From IMG/VR virus record IMGVR_UViG_3300018475_001835: a stretch of 64,000 bases of DNA, one strand, 5' to 3'. Positions 43,901-52,890 of this stretch are shown piece after piece. The DNA comes from an uncultured virus (IMG/VR IMGVR_UViG_3300018475_001835) (Duplodnaviria > Heunggongvirae > Uroviricota > Caudoviricetes). Under the pieces are notes generated by a model, which ran no database searches, was not told the origin of the DNA, and saw only the letters and a program-made list of their open reading frames with translations. A program made the position numbers and the translations under genes. Numbering within the stretch: the first letter of the stretch is position 1; each line of letters begins with the position of its first letter.

Positions 43901-46900
43901 TTGAGGTTTATAAACGTTATCCGTCTATAAAAGCAATTGCTACTATGAGGGATAAAGATATTTATGAGATTACTAAAATAATAGGACATAAGAAACCAAT
44001 AGAAGATAATATTAAAACAGCAACTATTAATACAGTTAATGCTGTGAAAAATTCACCTAAAGCAGTAAAAGATTATACTGCCAAAACAGTTCATAATGTT
44101 TCCGATAAGGTTCGTGGATATATTGATAATATGAAAGCCAATAGCGGAGTAGAAATAGTTGATGCTGATTTTGTAGATGATCAAGAAACTCCTTCAAATG
44201 CTTGGGGCACAGTATTAGCCACTATCGGTAAAACTGCTTTAAAAGGAGTTGGAGCTGCTGCTAAAGGCGCTGTAAAGTTAGCAGGAAAAGGTATTAAAGC
44301 CGTTGGTAAAGGTATTGGCAGCGGTGTTAAATCTTTATTTGCTGGAAAAGACGAAATGGCTGCTGCTACTAGCGGAGGATTTTTAGGTAATTTATTTAAT
44401 AAACTTAAAAATCATAAATCTGACGATGGCGGCAATTTAAATGAAACAGATAGAGCCGGTGATGGTAAAGATGTTGTTCATGTTGGCGGCGGAGACTTTA
44501 TTCAAGTTGAACGTGGTACTGACGGTAGTGTTCAGCCAGATACTCAAGATTCTAATACCAAAACAGTTTTAAATAAACTTAGTTTAAAAGAAAAAATGAA
44601 TGAGAAGTTCCAAGCTGCACAAATGAAAGTTAACGAACTTATTCATAATACTTTTGACACTTCAAAAGAAAAAGGTTCAAAAGGTGGTAAATTAAGTTGG
44701 ATTAGCCTTCTTTTAGGTGGTACTATATTAGCAAAATCAGGTATATTAAAAACATTATTTAATAATATTATAAAACCTGTATGGACTAATCATATTCAAC
44801 CTTGGTTAAAGAATACAGCAGTTCCATGGTTTACAGATTTTTGGACCAATAAAGCTGTTCCTGCATTAGAAAAAACTGCAGGATACTTAATAGGCGAACT
44901 TATTAAGAAATTACCAGATGCAATTATACAATCATTCACAGCATTACCTAGAATTATTGGTGGTATTTTCGATGCATTTACAGGAAATAAAACCAATTCT
45001 GGCGGTAGCAATACAATAGATGCTAATTCAATATCTGAATCTAATGGTGGCGGTAATGTTAAAACCGGAATGACCGATGAAAATGGAAATGTTTTAACTA
45101 CAAATGATATTGCTAATAATAATTTTGGGAAGATATACAATGCAGATGGTGTTGAAGGTACCGTTAATGAAGATGGCACAGTAACATTTAAAGATACTTC
45201 TTTTAAAGGATCTTCATATGTTAAAACTACTGCTAATGCAGCGGCTCATGGTTATGCTAAGGCAATGGCTAGAGGTAAAACAGCTAAATTAACAACTACT
45301 GCTTTGAATGCTTCTAAAAAATTATCTAAACGCAAAGGTCTTGTAACTAAAGCTGCTGGAGTAACTGGTCAGGCAATATATAAACCAACAACTATGAGTG
45401 AAAGTGCTGGTGCTGCTACTAGATCATTCTTAGATAAAAAAGTTGATGATGTTGCTTTAAAGATACTTGTTGATGCAGAAAATAAAGGTATTAAAGGTAA
45501 GGCTCTTGATGAGTTAACCGAACAGGTATTAACAAAAGGCGATGGTTCTAAAACATCTAAATTTGTACAAAAAATATCTGGTGCTAATGAAAACGGCCTT
45601 ATTAATAAGGTTAAAAGAGGCATTGAAGGAGCAAAATCTAAAGTTAAATCGGTAGCTGATAAAGCTAAAAATATATTTAGTAAAGGCGCTAAAGAGTCTG
45701 TGGAGGAAACTGTTGAAAAGACAGTTGCAAAAGGTGCCGCACAAACTGCAGAAGCTATTGTTAGTACTGCTACAAAAACTGGAGCTAAAGAAGCTACAGA
45801 TCAAGCAGGTAAAGCAGTTACAAAAGCTGCCGCAAAAGTTGCAGATGGTGCAGTAGATGCTGCTACAAAAAATAAAGGATTATTGGCTAAATTAGCAGCT
45901 AGAATGAAAGATGCTATAGCTAAACTTTGGGATAACTCTAAAGTACAAAAGGTTCTTTTAAAACTTGCTAAGGCTTTAGGCAAAACTAAGCCTGCGCAAT
46001 TTGTAAAAGGTTTAAAAGAAAGCGTTGAAAAAATATTTAAAGAGGCTCTTGAAAAAGGTATTAAAAAAGCTGGTGCTTCTGTTGTTAAAAACGTACTTGG
46101 TAAAGTGCTTTGGTGGGTAATGCTTATAGCCGACTTCCTTAGTGGTATGGATAAAGCAGAATCTATACTTGGTGTTACCGAGACAACAATTATAGAAGAA
46201 GTAATTGCTGGTTTAATTAATGCTCTTTGTAATCTTTTAATTGTTCCTGCAATATTCCCTGGTGTTCCGTGGATTGCTAAATTCTTATTTAAGTTATTTG
46301 GACAAGATCTTGAAGAACGTCAGAAGAAAGCTGAAGAAGAAGCCAAGAAGTATAATGAAGAGAATGGTACTACTTTAACTACAGAAGAATATCTTGAACA
46401 GCAATATTCTGTACAAGGTAAAGCAAAGAAAGGTATTAAAGATTTCTGGAAAAAAATTACTGGTAAATCTAAGAATAAAAAGAAAAATAGTGATACCTCC
46501 CCTCCAAAATCTGTTGTTGCTTCAAATGCATCTGGTACATTAAATATATCAAGTGCAGGAGATGGAATAATAAGCGTTATAAGTGATAATCTTAATAATA
46601 CTTATGATACAATTTCAGATTCAACAGCTACAATGAAAGACGATAAGAATTTAGAAAGAGTATTACAAAAATCTGCTGAAGGTAAAATTTCCATTTTATC
46701 TAAAGAATATTGGGAAAAGGGTATTAATAATAAAGATACGTCACTTAGTGGCACATTAAAGAAATCCTATGGTATGCTTACAAAACTTACCAATTTTCCA
46801 ATATTGATGTTACAAAATATACTTAGTGGTATGACTGATTCTATAGTCGAAATAGGAGATACCTTATCTGGCGATAATAGTTTTTCTAATAATAAATCTA

Positions 46901-49338
46901 ATAATAAATCTAATAATAAATCATTCCTTGGTAAAATAAAGAATTTTTTTAAAGGAATTATATCTAAAATTAAAGGTATATTTGGCAAAGGTACTGGAAG
47001 TTATAAGTATGGCAGAGGCGGTTATTCTAAACAAATAGATCCTTCCATCTCAAATGTAAGATTTAATAGTTCTGCAGATTCAGATTATCAAACTATTGGT
47101 GATTCTGGATGTGGTCCAGCTGCCGCTGTAAATGTGATGGAATCTATGTATGGTAGAGGAAATCCTGTTACTTCTGCTGCTAAATTTGCTCTTAGAGGTG
47201 GATACAAAGAAATTAATGGCGGTACTGAACCTGGATTCTTTGGTGATTATTTTGCTGCTAATGGATATAATTCTCATACTTCATATAATAAGAATCAAAT
47301 TGAGAGAAACATTAGAAAAGGAATGCCTACTGTTATTATGGGTAGAGATCCTGGTGGAGTTTCTTCATCATCTCCATTCGGAAGCAATCCTCATTATGTA
47401 ACTGTAACTGGTGTTGATAACAAAGGATATGCTATTGTGCAAGATCCAGAATCTAAGTATGATAATCAACGTTATCCTTTAAAAAATCTTATGAATAAGA
47501 CTTCTCTTGGAGTATCAGCATATGGACGTAGTGCATGGGGTAGAGCAACTGATAATCTTTTTAATGATACAACAGACAAAGTTTGGTGGTATCTTAAAAA
47601 TGAAATGGGATTAAGTGATGCAGGTGCTGCAGCCGTATTAGGTAATTTTAATCAGGAATCTAATGTTAATCCAATATTACTAGAATCTGGTAAATATAAA
47701 AATAATAATAAATATACCAATGAATCATATACTGCATTAGTTGATGATGGTTCAATTACTAGAAATCAGTTTATTAATGTACCAAGTTATAGAAATAAGG
47801 TAGGATATGGACTTGCTCAATGGACTTATTATACTAGAAGACAGGGATTATACGATCATGCTGTAGGCACAAATAAAGCATCTATTGGCGATCTTACATC
47901 TCAGCTTCAATATTTTAATAAAGAAATAAGCGGTTATCCAAAATTATTAGAATCATTAAAAACTGATGGGGACGTAGGCGCTTTAACAGAATCAATTTCT
48001 AATGAGTATCTTAAACCAGGCACACCAATGCTTGAAAATCGTAAGAGATTTGCAAATCAGTATTACGATAAGTATATGTGGTCAGAAGGAACAGCTATTG
48101 ATAGTAATACATCATCTACTTCTACAACAAGCACTGATAAAAAATCCGATACGGCATCTAATGGCGAAGAAACCAGTTCAAATAGTATATTTGATTATCT
48201 TTCAAATGAACTTTCTGCATTAGGACCTATTAAAAATGCTAATGCTCTTAGTGAAGCTATAAATGGGTTATCAGATCTAACCAATTTTATTAAAGGATTT
48301 AATATGACTGGCACTAATATCACAGACTCTAATAGCACAACAACTGATACTAGTGGTAATACTACTTCAACTACTGGATATTCCAAGTATGTAGAAAATA
48401 TCACTAAATATGCTAAAGAAGAGTTAGATCTTGGTGTACAGGAAGATCCTATGGGTACTAATAAAATTAAATATAATGATTGGTACTATGGTGGAGCAGA
48501 TAAATATGGTGATGAAGCTGCGTGGTGTGGTGCATTTGTATCATGGATTGCAAATAAAGCCGGCGTTCCAACTAGTATTATACCAAAATATATTAATTGT
48601 AATGATGGATTAAATAAGTTAAAAACTAATGGAGCTACAATTATAACTGATCCGAAGAAGTCTCAGCCTGGAGATATTTTCTTTATAGACTATGCCGATG
48701 AAAATGGTAAAAGAAATGGAACTCCTAATCACACTGGTATTGTATATAAAAACAATTCCGATGGTACTCCTGTAACTATTGAAGGTAACTACGATAATAA
48801 AGTTGCATTAGTATCTCGTAGTTCAAACACTACAGATTATGCTGGTATTACATTAGCTCGTCCTAAATATGGTCAAGGTGGCGGTTCTAAACCTTTATCT
48901 AAGTATGGTCAATTTAAGGATTCTATGTATGGAACTGGTTCTAATTGTGCTGGTGTTAAATGCATAAGTTCTAATGGTTATAATAACCTTAGAAGCAAGC
49001 CTGCTGGTAATCCCGCATATACTAATTCAGGCACAGGTACTATTGTATATGGAATGGGTAATAACCATGATTATAGTAATTTAATTAATGCTATAATAAA
49101 TATTTTAATGACTATAGCTGACAATACAGATAAGCTTAATACAATTGTGACAATATTGAATACTAAGCTCAATCTCAATATTAATGCTAATGATGTAAGT
49201 AACGCCACATCAAATAAACAATCATTAAAATCTAAACTTGCTAATGCTTTAAATGGTATTAATCAAGCACAGCATAGTACCGAAGATAATTCTATTAGTT
49301 CAATTATCACTGCAATGAATGCTATTGCATCTGAATAA
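37978..49338 (+). CDS. Giant tape-measure-like / tail-associated lysin protein (C39-like peptidase, phage tail lysozyme, CHAP)
   Basis: 3786 aa, helical K/A-rich body with Gly-zipper hydrophobic blocks; SGCGPAA..HYV..QDP (C39-like); GLSDAGAAAVLGNFNQES..GYGLAQWT (phage tail lysozyme); WCGAFVSW..PGDI..HTGIV..TIEGN (CHAP). Confidence 0.85.
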   Translation: MAVNYLKNVMKSVAYAASDTFDNLTPALKEFKETNRDFTTATYATLKNPKAFVKRQVKAVQESKLYQAIEYGARNIVEDLRTGNFYNREREERDEAKLGGLDADSWDDLSEFGISDNWEKDVNSSNEGITAGDKAVVKSIEKSNQAVANTTVNAIIATSDREVATSKANAGMAYIQNERLFGGLHKDMTILGNTMHQMYNLQAASLQNIDKNLSDYFTQESKLNVERNKILAEMLELQRNMYKSADEKTKANQKPSTKLRWGDINTNGIIDINKYFEVVKKNINNELAAHMPAGFGGDDGNMLAAMMTSPLKFAVQYVVDGIIPATVKQASTELNNTISGVFGTILNRLNNAKGKNGIAGFLAKFLGVNLGVNANIDTSKYEKGPVPFDGLTRKAIIDVIPAHLRRIEAAITGRPEEVFDYQNGKWVTMDSIKKQYKNIKTNAEKSSTADIIDEMSSGIKSERASIGKADGSRGEKDFDKAIEEFRQYLYLVGGDFNPRASASKNGINASNFPMLNKYYDRIVSVFKNTKISTRMQIANRVNDARESANRIYRGAETDPTNIYQTYFSSPTADTHGKWKDDGKTFEAYNLLNKEDKRGNSVYDYLYNINRALITIGSNGGGFGTASGVKNSSISAELFKDFEPKNNLNKKSNDEWKQRQAADAKAMESAKKLIEKGIAVDGLLYEQDPERYLEIVGNLYEAQFTDRQIIELQNISSESALSRFMNKKVYKINPKTAKELEEATKKAEKESEKGTLETEKNKSFLKKVSEKIVGEKSILGGIASASAESFTNILTTANRAIYDMMFKYEMDADGDGNKKHYNGFVEALVGKATDSFKAIGERFKKDIIDPFKEKFGIGDDFKDRFKNSLTDKGAKLWKTFKDSNKSVYGPILDQMKVELGMKQGETKAQQHRANNRKSINSKIYKVNNAENIYDNEFYEILKDYGLNPIDFADNPAKAKEAILPILYADLLKNTNGLRETNRDKNTIDNAFKGMASNPEEMKKFADSIGFSIKGKTTDEQIDSLKRRFTKIIDNGEGERRKRESVLGIKGEEGISARQKFAEELEFTGSIEEKQKQLVALAKYYGVPIKDISKYDNDDALNKSYIRIIEKNNARGTMGSPLAPGSVSYVNNHEFALTPSGMHRLPTGKVRFSEPTHIINSEQSHALGLISGPKRTNAQGYALEKAAARANGDTIASHADGTNMKVGKDGNMDAKEILSEAKKFIPEAASGGLIGGILSMVLGLAGGPLVGAALGAGGSILASSDTLKEKLFGKAGKDGKREGGIVSKTIMDKFHKYFPDMTKYGLAGLIPGLLTPLGPIGGIMAGAAFGYLKNNEKFTNKYFGEEGAFHIKSKDKKIIEQLMPGAAKGAAAGAIATLLLPTPFGFLGNAVIGAGLGMMASTNDFKDLILGKEVDGERMGGIVGAFKDAFKPFADSMKEAGSKLKDSFEANIIDPLGKLIKPAIHALPIALGSLPRLLSKAFDKFFGTRIGRTIETRVKALFSKPAKALGWVGKKAAGLGSGIMSLIGAPIRGAGDRLKAYNVRHGNLMDEDARDIVGWMDTQQEKKKLGKRTPLFKNRYKVSSTLRAVAGIGEEGGMDIETAESLMRNLERMNDTEATAQTRFNKEKKSINNLLTSYEYREGKKISDKAVKNILKAANKKDYDEISKILQKEGLSKEEFNTFMEKGGLKSAVSNVADAQFRLKNIKNITDKDAGKAAEEQLRALGIDPKDLKLNDKRSRAEAAQLIKNQLQLVNPDKVLDYETKLETENNENISTITEKVGSIDEAFKQMLDILRGKDDKVKTNQEKIESKLNKGINAADEKYTETQQKAEEKIAEVLGKGEVEQLSKEAKDNLTRTTKKRKRIKSYTKFGVNAANATADDFKNARKATFNLFKRIPQYVVRRITPEAHKVLSKYTEAKANRVSKALGSKYIKHMIKYGNYNIDPETLEVLSDTAYTRDLNTIGPVLVRAYESGYVEVYKRYPSIKAIATMRDKDIYEITKIIGHKKPIEDNIKTATINTVNAVKNSPKAVKDYTAKTVHNVSDKVRGYIDNMKANSGVEIVDADFVDDQETPSNAWGTVLATIGKTALKGVGAAAKGAVKLAGKGIKAVGKGIGSGVKSLFAGKDEMAAATSGGFLGNLFNKLKNHKSDDGGNLNETDRAGDGKDVVHVGGGDFIQVERGTDGSVQPDTQDSNTKTVLNKLSLKEKMNEKFQAAQMKVNELIHNTFDTSKEKGSKGGKLSWISLLLGGTILAKSGILKTLFNNIIKPVWTNHIQPWLKNTAVPWFTDFWTNKAVPALEKTAGYLIGELIKKLPDAIIQSFTALPRIIGGIFDAFTGNKTNSGGSNTIDANSISESNGGGNVKTGMTDENGNVLTTNDIANNNFGKIYNADGVEGTVNEDGTVTFKDTSFKGSSYVKTTANAAAHGYAKAMARGKTAKLTTTALNASKKLSKRKGLVTKAAGVTGQAIYKPTTMSESAGAATRSFLDKKVDDVALKILVDAENKGIKGKALDELTEQVLTKGDGSKTSKFVQKISGANENGLINKVKRGIEGAKSKVKSVADKAKNIFSKGAKESVEETVEKTVAKGAAQTAEAIVSTATKTGAKEATDQAGKAVTKAAAKVADGAVDAATKNKGLLAKLAARMKDAIAKLWDNSKVQKVLLKLAKALGKTKPAQFVKGLKESVEKIFKEALEKGIKKAGASVVKNVLGKVLWWVMLIADFLSGMDKAESILGVTETTIIEEVIAGLINALCNLLIVPAIFPGVPWIAKFLFKLFGQDLEERQKKAEEEAKKYNEENGTTLTTEEYLEQQYSVQGKAKKGIKDFWKKITGKSKNKKKNSDTSPPKSVVASNASGTLNISSAGDGIISVISDNLNNTYDTISDSTATMKDDKNLERVLQKSAEGKISILSKEYWEKGINNKDTSLSGTLKKSYGMLTKLTNFPILMLQNILSGMTDSIVEIGDTLSGDNSFSNNKSNNKSNNKSFLGKIKNFFKGIISKIKGIFGKGTGSYKYGRGGYSKQIDPSISNVRFNSSADSDYQTIGDSGCGPAAAVNVMESMYGRGNPVTSAAKFALRGGYKEINGGTEPGFFGDYFAANGYNSHTSYNKNQIERNIRKGMPTVIMGRDPGGVSSSSPFGSNPHYVTVTGVDNKGYAIVQDPESKYDNQRYPLKNLMNKTSLGVSAYGRSAWGRATDNLFNDTTDKVWWYLKNEMGLSDAGAAAVLGNFNQESNVNPILLESGKYKNNNKYTNESYTALVDDGSITRNQFINVPSYRNKVGYGLAQWTYYTRRQGLYDHAVGTNKASIGDLTSQLQYFNKEISGYPKLLESLKTDGDVGALTESISNEYLKPGTPMLENRKRFANQYYDKYMWSEGTAIDSNTSSTSTTSTDKKSDTASNGEETSSNSIFDYLSNELSALGPIKNANALSEAINGLSDLTNFIKGFNMTGTNITDSNSTTTDTSGNTTSTTGYSKYVENITKYAKEELDLGVQEDPMGTNKIKYNDWYYGGADKYGDEAAWCGAFVSWIANKAGVPTSIIPKYINCNDGLNKLKTNGATIITDPKKSQPGDIFFIDYADENGKRNGTPNHTGIVYKNNSDGTPVTIEGNYDNKVALVSRSSNTTDYAGITLARPKYGQGGGSKPLSKYGQFKDSMYGTGSNCAGVKCISSNGYNNLRSKPAGNPAYTNSGTGTIVYGMGNNHDYSNLINAIINILMTIADNTDKLNTIVTILNTKLNLNINANDVSNATSNKQSLKSKLANALNGINQAQHSTEDNSISSIITAMNAIASE
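46885..46920 (+). repeat. 12-bp tandem repeat x3 (SNNK) in a tape-measure linker
   Basis: tctaataataaa x3. Confidence 0.8.
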
Positions 49339-49355
49339 TTTAAATTAAAAGTTGT

Positions 49356-49383
49356 TTAGGCAGGTCTTTTTAGACCTGCCTAA
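49356..49383 (+). terminator. Hairpin after the tape-measure gene, overlapping the next promoter motif
   Basis: ttaggcaggtct-tttt-agacctgcctaa. Confidence 0.75.
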
Positions 49384-49393
49384 CAATTAAGTA
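49382..49393 (+). promoter_or_regulatory. Putative late promoter AACA-N6-TA
   Basis: AACA-attaag-TA upstream of 49421. Confidence 0.6.
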
Positions 49394-49420
49394 AAATTAT
49401 GATAAAGGTGGCGATTATAA

Positions 49421-51670
49421 ATGAGTTGGAGTATACTTGGTAGAAGTACTTTTTTTGAAGTTATATATGAAGATGGAATTCCAATTATATGGATAGATAA
49501 AAGTGGTACTCTTAGCACCGGTAAATACGTACCTAAAGGTACAATATTAAAAATTGAAAAATTCGAATATGAACAAGTCAAACGTAAATATGGAAAGATA
49601 ATAGAAGCATACGATACAAAATTTTCTAGAATTACAACATATGATGGTTATTTAATCCCTGCAGAAACTATTAGCGGCCTATATGCTGATTGGTTAGTTA
49701 TGTCAGCTTTACGTGCATTAACTGATAAAGAAATTAATGAAATCAATAAACAAATTACTAATAATAATAGCGGAAATACTGGTAGTGGCGATAGTACCGG
49801 TAATACTGAACCAACTCCAACTTTAAAAAGATGGAACGATGATTTAATAAAAATAAAAGAATTTACTATAGTATCGCCAACTAAACTTTATTCTGCAAAT
49901 AATGGTGCTCTTTCTAGCAGCCATAAAGTTACCATACCAAGTAGTCCTAGTGTAACTGTGACTGTAGAGTATGATGAAAAACTTGATGCTATGAAAATTA
50001 CAGGCCCAAATACAGATAATGTAAAAAAATATCTAGGTTATTATATAAAGGATCCTGCTACAGTAGTTAAACCGACTCAAGCAACAGCTCAGACAACTAC
50101 TGAAGCAAGACAAGAACAAATTAAAATACAAGCAGAAGCTGCAAAAGAAACAACAAAAGAAGAGAATGTAGTAACTGAAGAAATTGAAACTGATGAATCT
50201 TTTAATTCTTTCACTACTGAACTAATTAGCGCTAACGAATATGAAAAACAATTAAGTGAAGGTCTTGACATTAAAGATCTTAGAGGTATAATGGGCTTAC
50301 CACACCAGTTTTTACCAGTGGCAGATCCAAGAATAACATCTTCTGCAGAAGGATCAAGTATTGGGGAAACTAATAAGTTTGGAAGGGTGTATTCTGAAAA
50401 GGTACTTAAACATATACCATTATTACTTATGACTCCAGGTGTTCCTAAATTTATGTCTCAATATAATAAAAAATCACGAGAGTCAATGTTAAGTGCAATT
50501 TTTAATAACGACGGTCTTGATAATTATGCTCCATTAAAGAAAAAATTTGGATTAGATGGAATTTTTGGTGAAAAAATGGGTAAATTTTATTCTTTAATGT
50601 TTGCATATACTGAATATTATTACTACGTAAATGCTATGCTTAGAGCCGCTGCAGTTTTCTTAGGAATAAGCGGAAAAACAATAGATGGTAAAAAAATAGC
50701 AGCCTTAAACTGGGAAGATCAAACTGGCACTATGAGTAATGATGTACTTTATGATAATAAGTTTAGTAAGTTTTTAAAACCATACGCTAATGCTGTAGCA
50801 TTTTATGTTGATGCTGGGACAACAGTAGATGATTCTTTTAGCAATGGTACAACAGAATCTAGCCTTGTTGCTGGTACAGTTAATGGATTAAGTGATAGTG
50901 CTAGAGAGTATAACTTCCTTTTAGGTTCTGTTGGTAGTAGTATTGGATTTCAATATGATGCGCTACAACAACAAGAAGCCACTAATAAAATAAATGATGT
51001 TATAACTAATATAGATAAAGCCTTAGGAAAGACTGGTATATTTAGTCGTATTTTAGGCAATGGTACAGCTATACTTGCAGGTGGTAGAATCATATTCCCT
51101 GAGATATGGTCTGATTCATCATTCTCAAGATCTTATTCTTGTTCTATGAAATTAGTATCACCTAGCGGAGATAAACTCAGTGTATTTTGGAATATATTAG
51201 TTCCGATATATCATCTTCTTGCATTTACATTACCAAGAGAAGCTACTGATCAGGCATACTTTTCACCATTCTTAGTAAGAGCCTATTATAAAGGATTATT
51301 TAATGTAGATATGGGAATTGTAACATCTTTAAATATAACTAAGGGTGAAGAAGGAGAATGGACTCCTGATGGTATACCAACTGTAGCGAATATAAGTTTT
51401 GAAATAAAAGATCTTTATAATGGTATATATATGAGTAAGCAAAATAAAACAGGTGATGCTAGAGGTATATTGACTAATACAGCAGAATTAGATTATATAG
51501 CAAACTCATGTGGTATTAATATAAATGATCAAGAAATTGGTAGAATGATTAAATTAGGTGCTATTTATTTTGGTACTACTATAACAGATGCTATTTCATT
51601 AGGAATATTCACAAGAGTTGGTCAGTTCTTTAATCAAAAAATGAATAATATATTTGGTCGTTTTAAATAA
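49421..51670 (+). CDS. Putative baseplate / tail-tube-initiator-type structural protein
   Basis: Follows the tape measure; C-terminal FPEIWSDSSFSRSY..KLVSP..SPFLVRAY..GIV.SL.I..W..DG.P...ISFEIKDLY resembles tube-fold baseplate proteins. Confidence 0.5.
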   Translation: MSWSILGRSTFFEVIYEDGIPIIWIDKSGTLSTGKYVPKGTILKIEKFEYEQVKRKYGKIIEAYDTKFSRITTYDGYLIPAETISGLYADWLVMSALRALTDKEINEINKQITNNNSGNTGSGDSTGNTEPTPTLKRWNDDLIKIKEFTIVSPTKLYSANNGALSSSHKVTIPSSPSVTVTVEYDEKLDAMKITGPNTDNVKKYLGYYIKDPATVVKPTQATAQTTTEARQEQIKIQAEAAKETTKEENVVTEEIETDESFNSFTTELISANEYEKQLSEGLDIKDLRGIMGLPHQFLPVADPRITSSAEGSSIGETNKFGRVYSEKVLKHIPLLLMTPGVPKFMSQYNKKSRESMLSAIFNNDGLDNYAPLKKKFGLDGIFGEKMGKFYSLMFAYTEYYYYVNAMLRAAAVFLGISGKTIDGKKIAALNWEDQTGTMSNDVLYDNKFSKFLKPYANAVAFYVDAGTTVDDSFSNGTTESSLVAGTVNGLSDSAREYNFLLGSVGSSIGFQYDALQQQEATNKINDVITNIDKALGKTGIFSRILGNGTAILAGGRIIFPEIWSDSSFSRSYSCSMKLVSPSGDKLSVFWNILVPIYHLLAFTLPREATDQAYFSPFLVRAYYKGLFNVDMGIVTSLNITKGEEGEWTPDGIPTVANISFEIKDLYNGIYMSKQNKTGDARGILTNTAELDYIANSCGININDQEIGRMIKLGAIYFGTTITDAISLGIFTRVGQFFNQKMNNIFGRFK

Positions 51671-51690
51671 ATATTATATATATTACATAT

Positions 51691-51716
51691 GAGTAAGTAG
51701 CGAAAGCTACTTACTC
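51691..51716 (+). terminator. GNRA-capped hairpin (terminator or 5' stabiliser); TACA-N6-TA at 51684-51695 overlaps it
   Basis: gagtaagtagc-gaaa-gctacttactc. Confidence 0.65.
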
Positions 51717-51737
51717 TTGTATTGTTGAGGTTTACTT

Positions 51738-52448
51738 ATGAAGAACAAAAAACAAAAATTATTAGAATATGATTCTAAATATGGACATATTCCAAAAGAT
51801 TATGAACAAAGATTAGAGTATTTATACCATACACTTAATATTGATGATAATAAATCAGATGAAATTATTCAAGCCAGAAATAATTTTATTTGTTCTACTT
51901 ATTATCAAACAATTAGACTTGTTATATATGAGATACCTGAATATACCCCGAGACCAAGAGCCAGGTTAATACATCGTGCTGGTATTATAAATGCTGTTAC
52001 TGGAGGTCATGATTTTATTCAAGTTTATTCAATTACAGGTAGACAGAATCGTGAATTTATGAAAATGTATACTAAAGAGAATTTACAAGAATTAGAACAG
52101 CTTCTTTGTACACCATGTGATATCGAATATAAAACATATTTTCCTACACCATCTTATTATAATAAAACACAAATATTTTTAGCAGAAATTGGTCTCGATA
52201 GACCAATTATTAAACCAGATTTTGATAATATTGAGAAATCATACAGTGACGCATTCACTGGTAATATTTGGATTGACGATATAATTGTAGTTGATGCTAC
52301 AATTAGAAAATACTATTCTGTATTACCAAGAGTTGAAATTGATTTGAAATTTGCAAATCAATTATGTAATCATCACCAGTATAAAGCAATGATAAAGAGG
52401 AAGGATTTTACCGATGAAATGAAAGTAAATTATTTCGGAGGTAAATAG
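51738..52448 (+). CDS. rusA: RusA-like Holliday junction resolvase
   Basis: PRPR, KPDFDNIEK..SD...G.IWIDD..VV....KYYS..PRVEI. Confidence 0.75.
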   Translation: MKNKKQKLLEYDSKYGHIPKDYEQRLEYLYHTLNIDDNKSDEIIQARNNFICSTYYQTIRLVIYEIPEYTPRPRARLIHRAGIINAVTGGHDFIQVYSITGRQNREFMKMYTKENLQELEQLLCTPCDIEYKTYFPTPSYYNKTQIFLAEIGLDRPIIKPDFDNIEKSYSDAFTGNIWIDDIIVVDATIRKYYSVLPRVEIDLKFANQLCNHHQYKAMIKRKDFTDEMKVNYFGGK

Positions 52449-52727
52449 ATGAGTAAACTTAAAGAAGCTTATGATATTAGAAAAGAATTAATTTCTAAAG
52501 ATATCACTAAGCTTGGTAATATTCTTAAGAAAAATAATAATATAGAAACTATTAATATTAATCCTGACAATACAATATATTTAGAATCTGAATGCGGTAT
52601 AGATTCTATAAAAAATACTTTAGATTTAAGTGTGCAAAAATTGGTGAATAGGAAAATTAATGCTCCTATAAATATGGTATATAATACATTACCTTTAACT
52701 AATAATACTTGTATTATTAGATTTTAA
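52449..52727 (+). CDS. Hypothetical protein
   Basis: SD ggaggt; starts right after the rusA stop. Confidence 0.65.
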   Translation: MSKLKEAYDIRKELISKDITKLGNILKKNNNIETININPDNTIYLESECGIDSIKNTLDLSVQKLVNRKINAPINMVYNTLPLTNNTCIIRF

Positions 52728-52751
52728 AAGTTATTAAAAACAAAAAGTATG

Positions 52752-52775
52752 CCCGTAGGGAGTAATCCCTACGGG
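52752..52775. terminator. Bidirectional terminator
   Basis: cccgtaggga-gtaa-tccctacggg with T-tract downstream and A-tract upstream. Confidence 0.85.
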
Positions 52776-52890
52776 TCTTTTCACGTTATTAATGTGTGTA
52801 TATTTAGTTGTCGTACGTCTGGGTTTTGTAATATTAAATTGTAATTTTTGATAATGTATATTATATATAGTTAATAACGTGAACTATCTT

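Noticed and set aside
52857..52864. TATATTAT as an early-promoter motif (also 19863; similar near 58555)
   Set aside because: Pure A/T word expected often at this composition, and the 52857 copy has no downstream gene on that strand.
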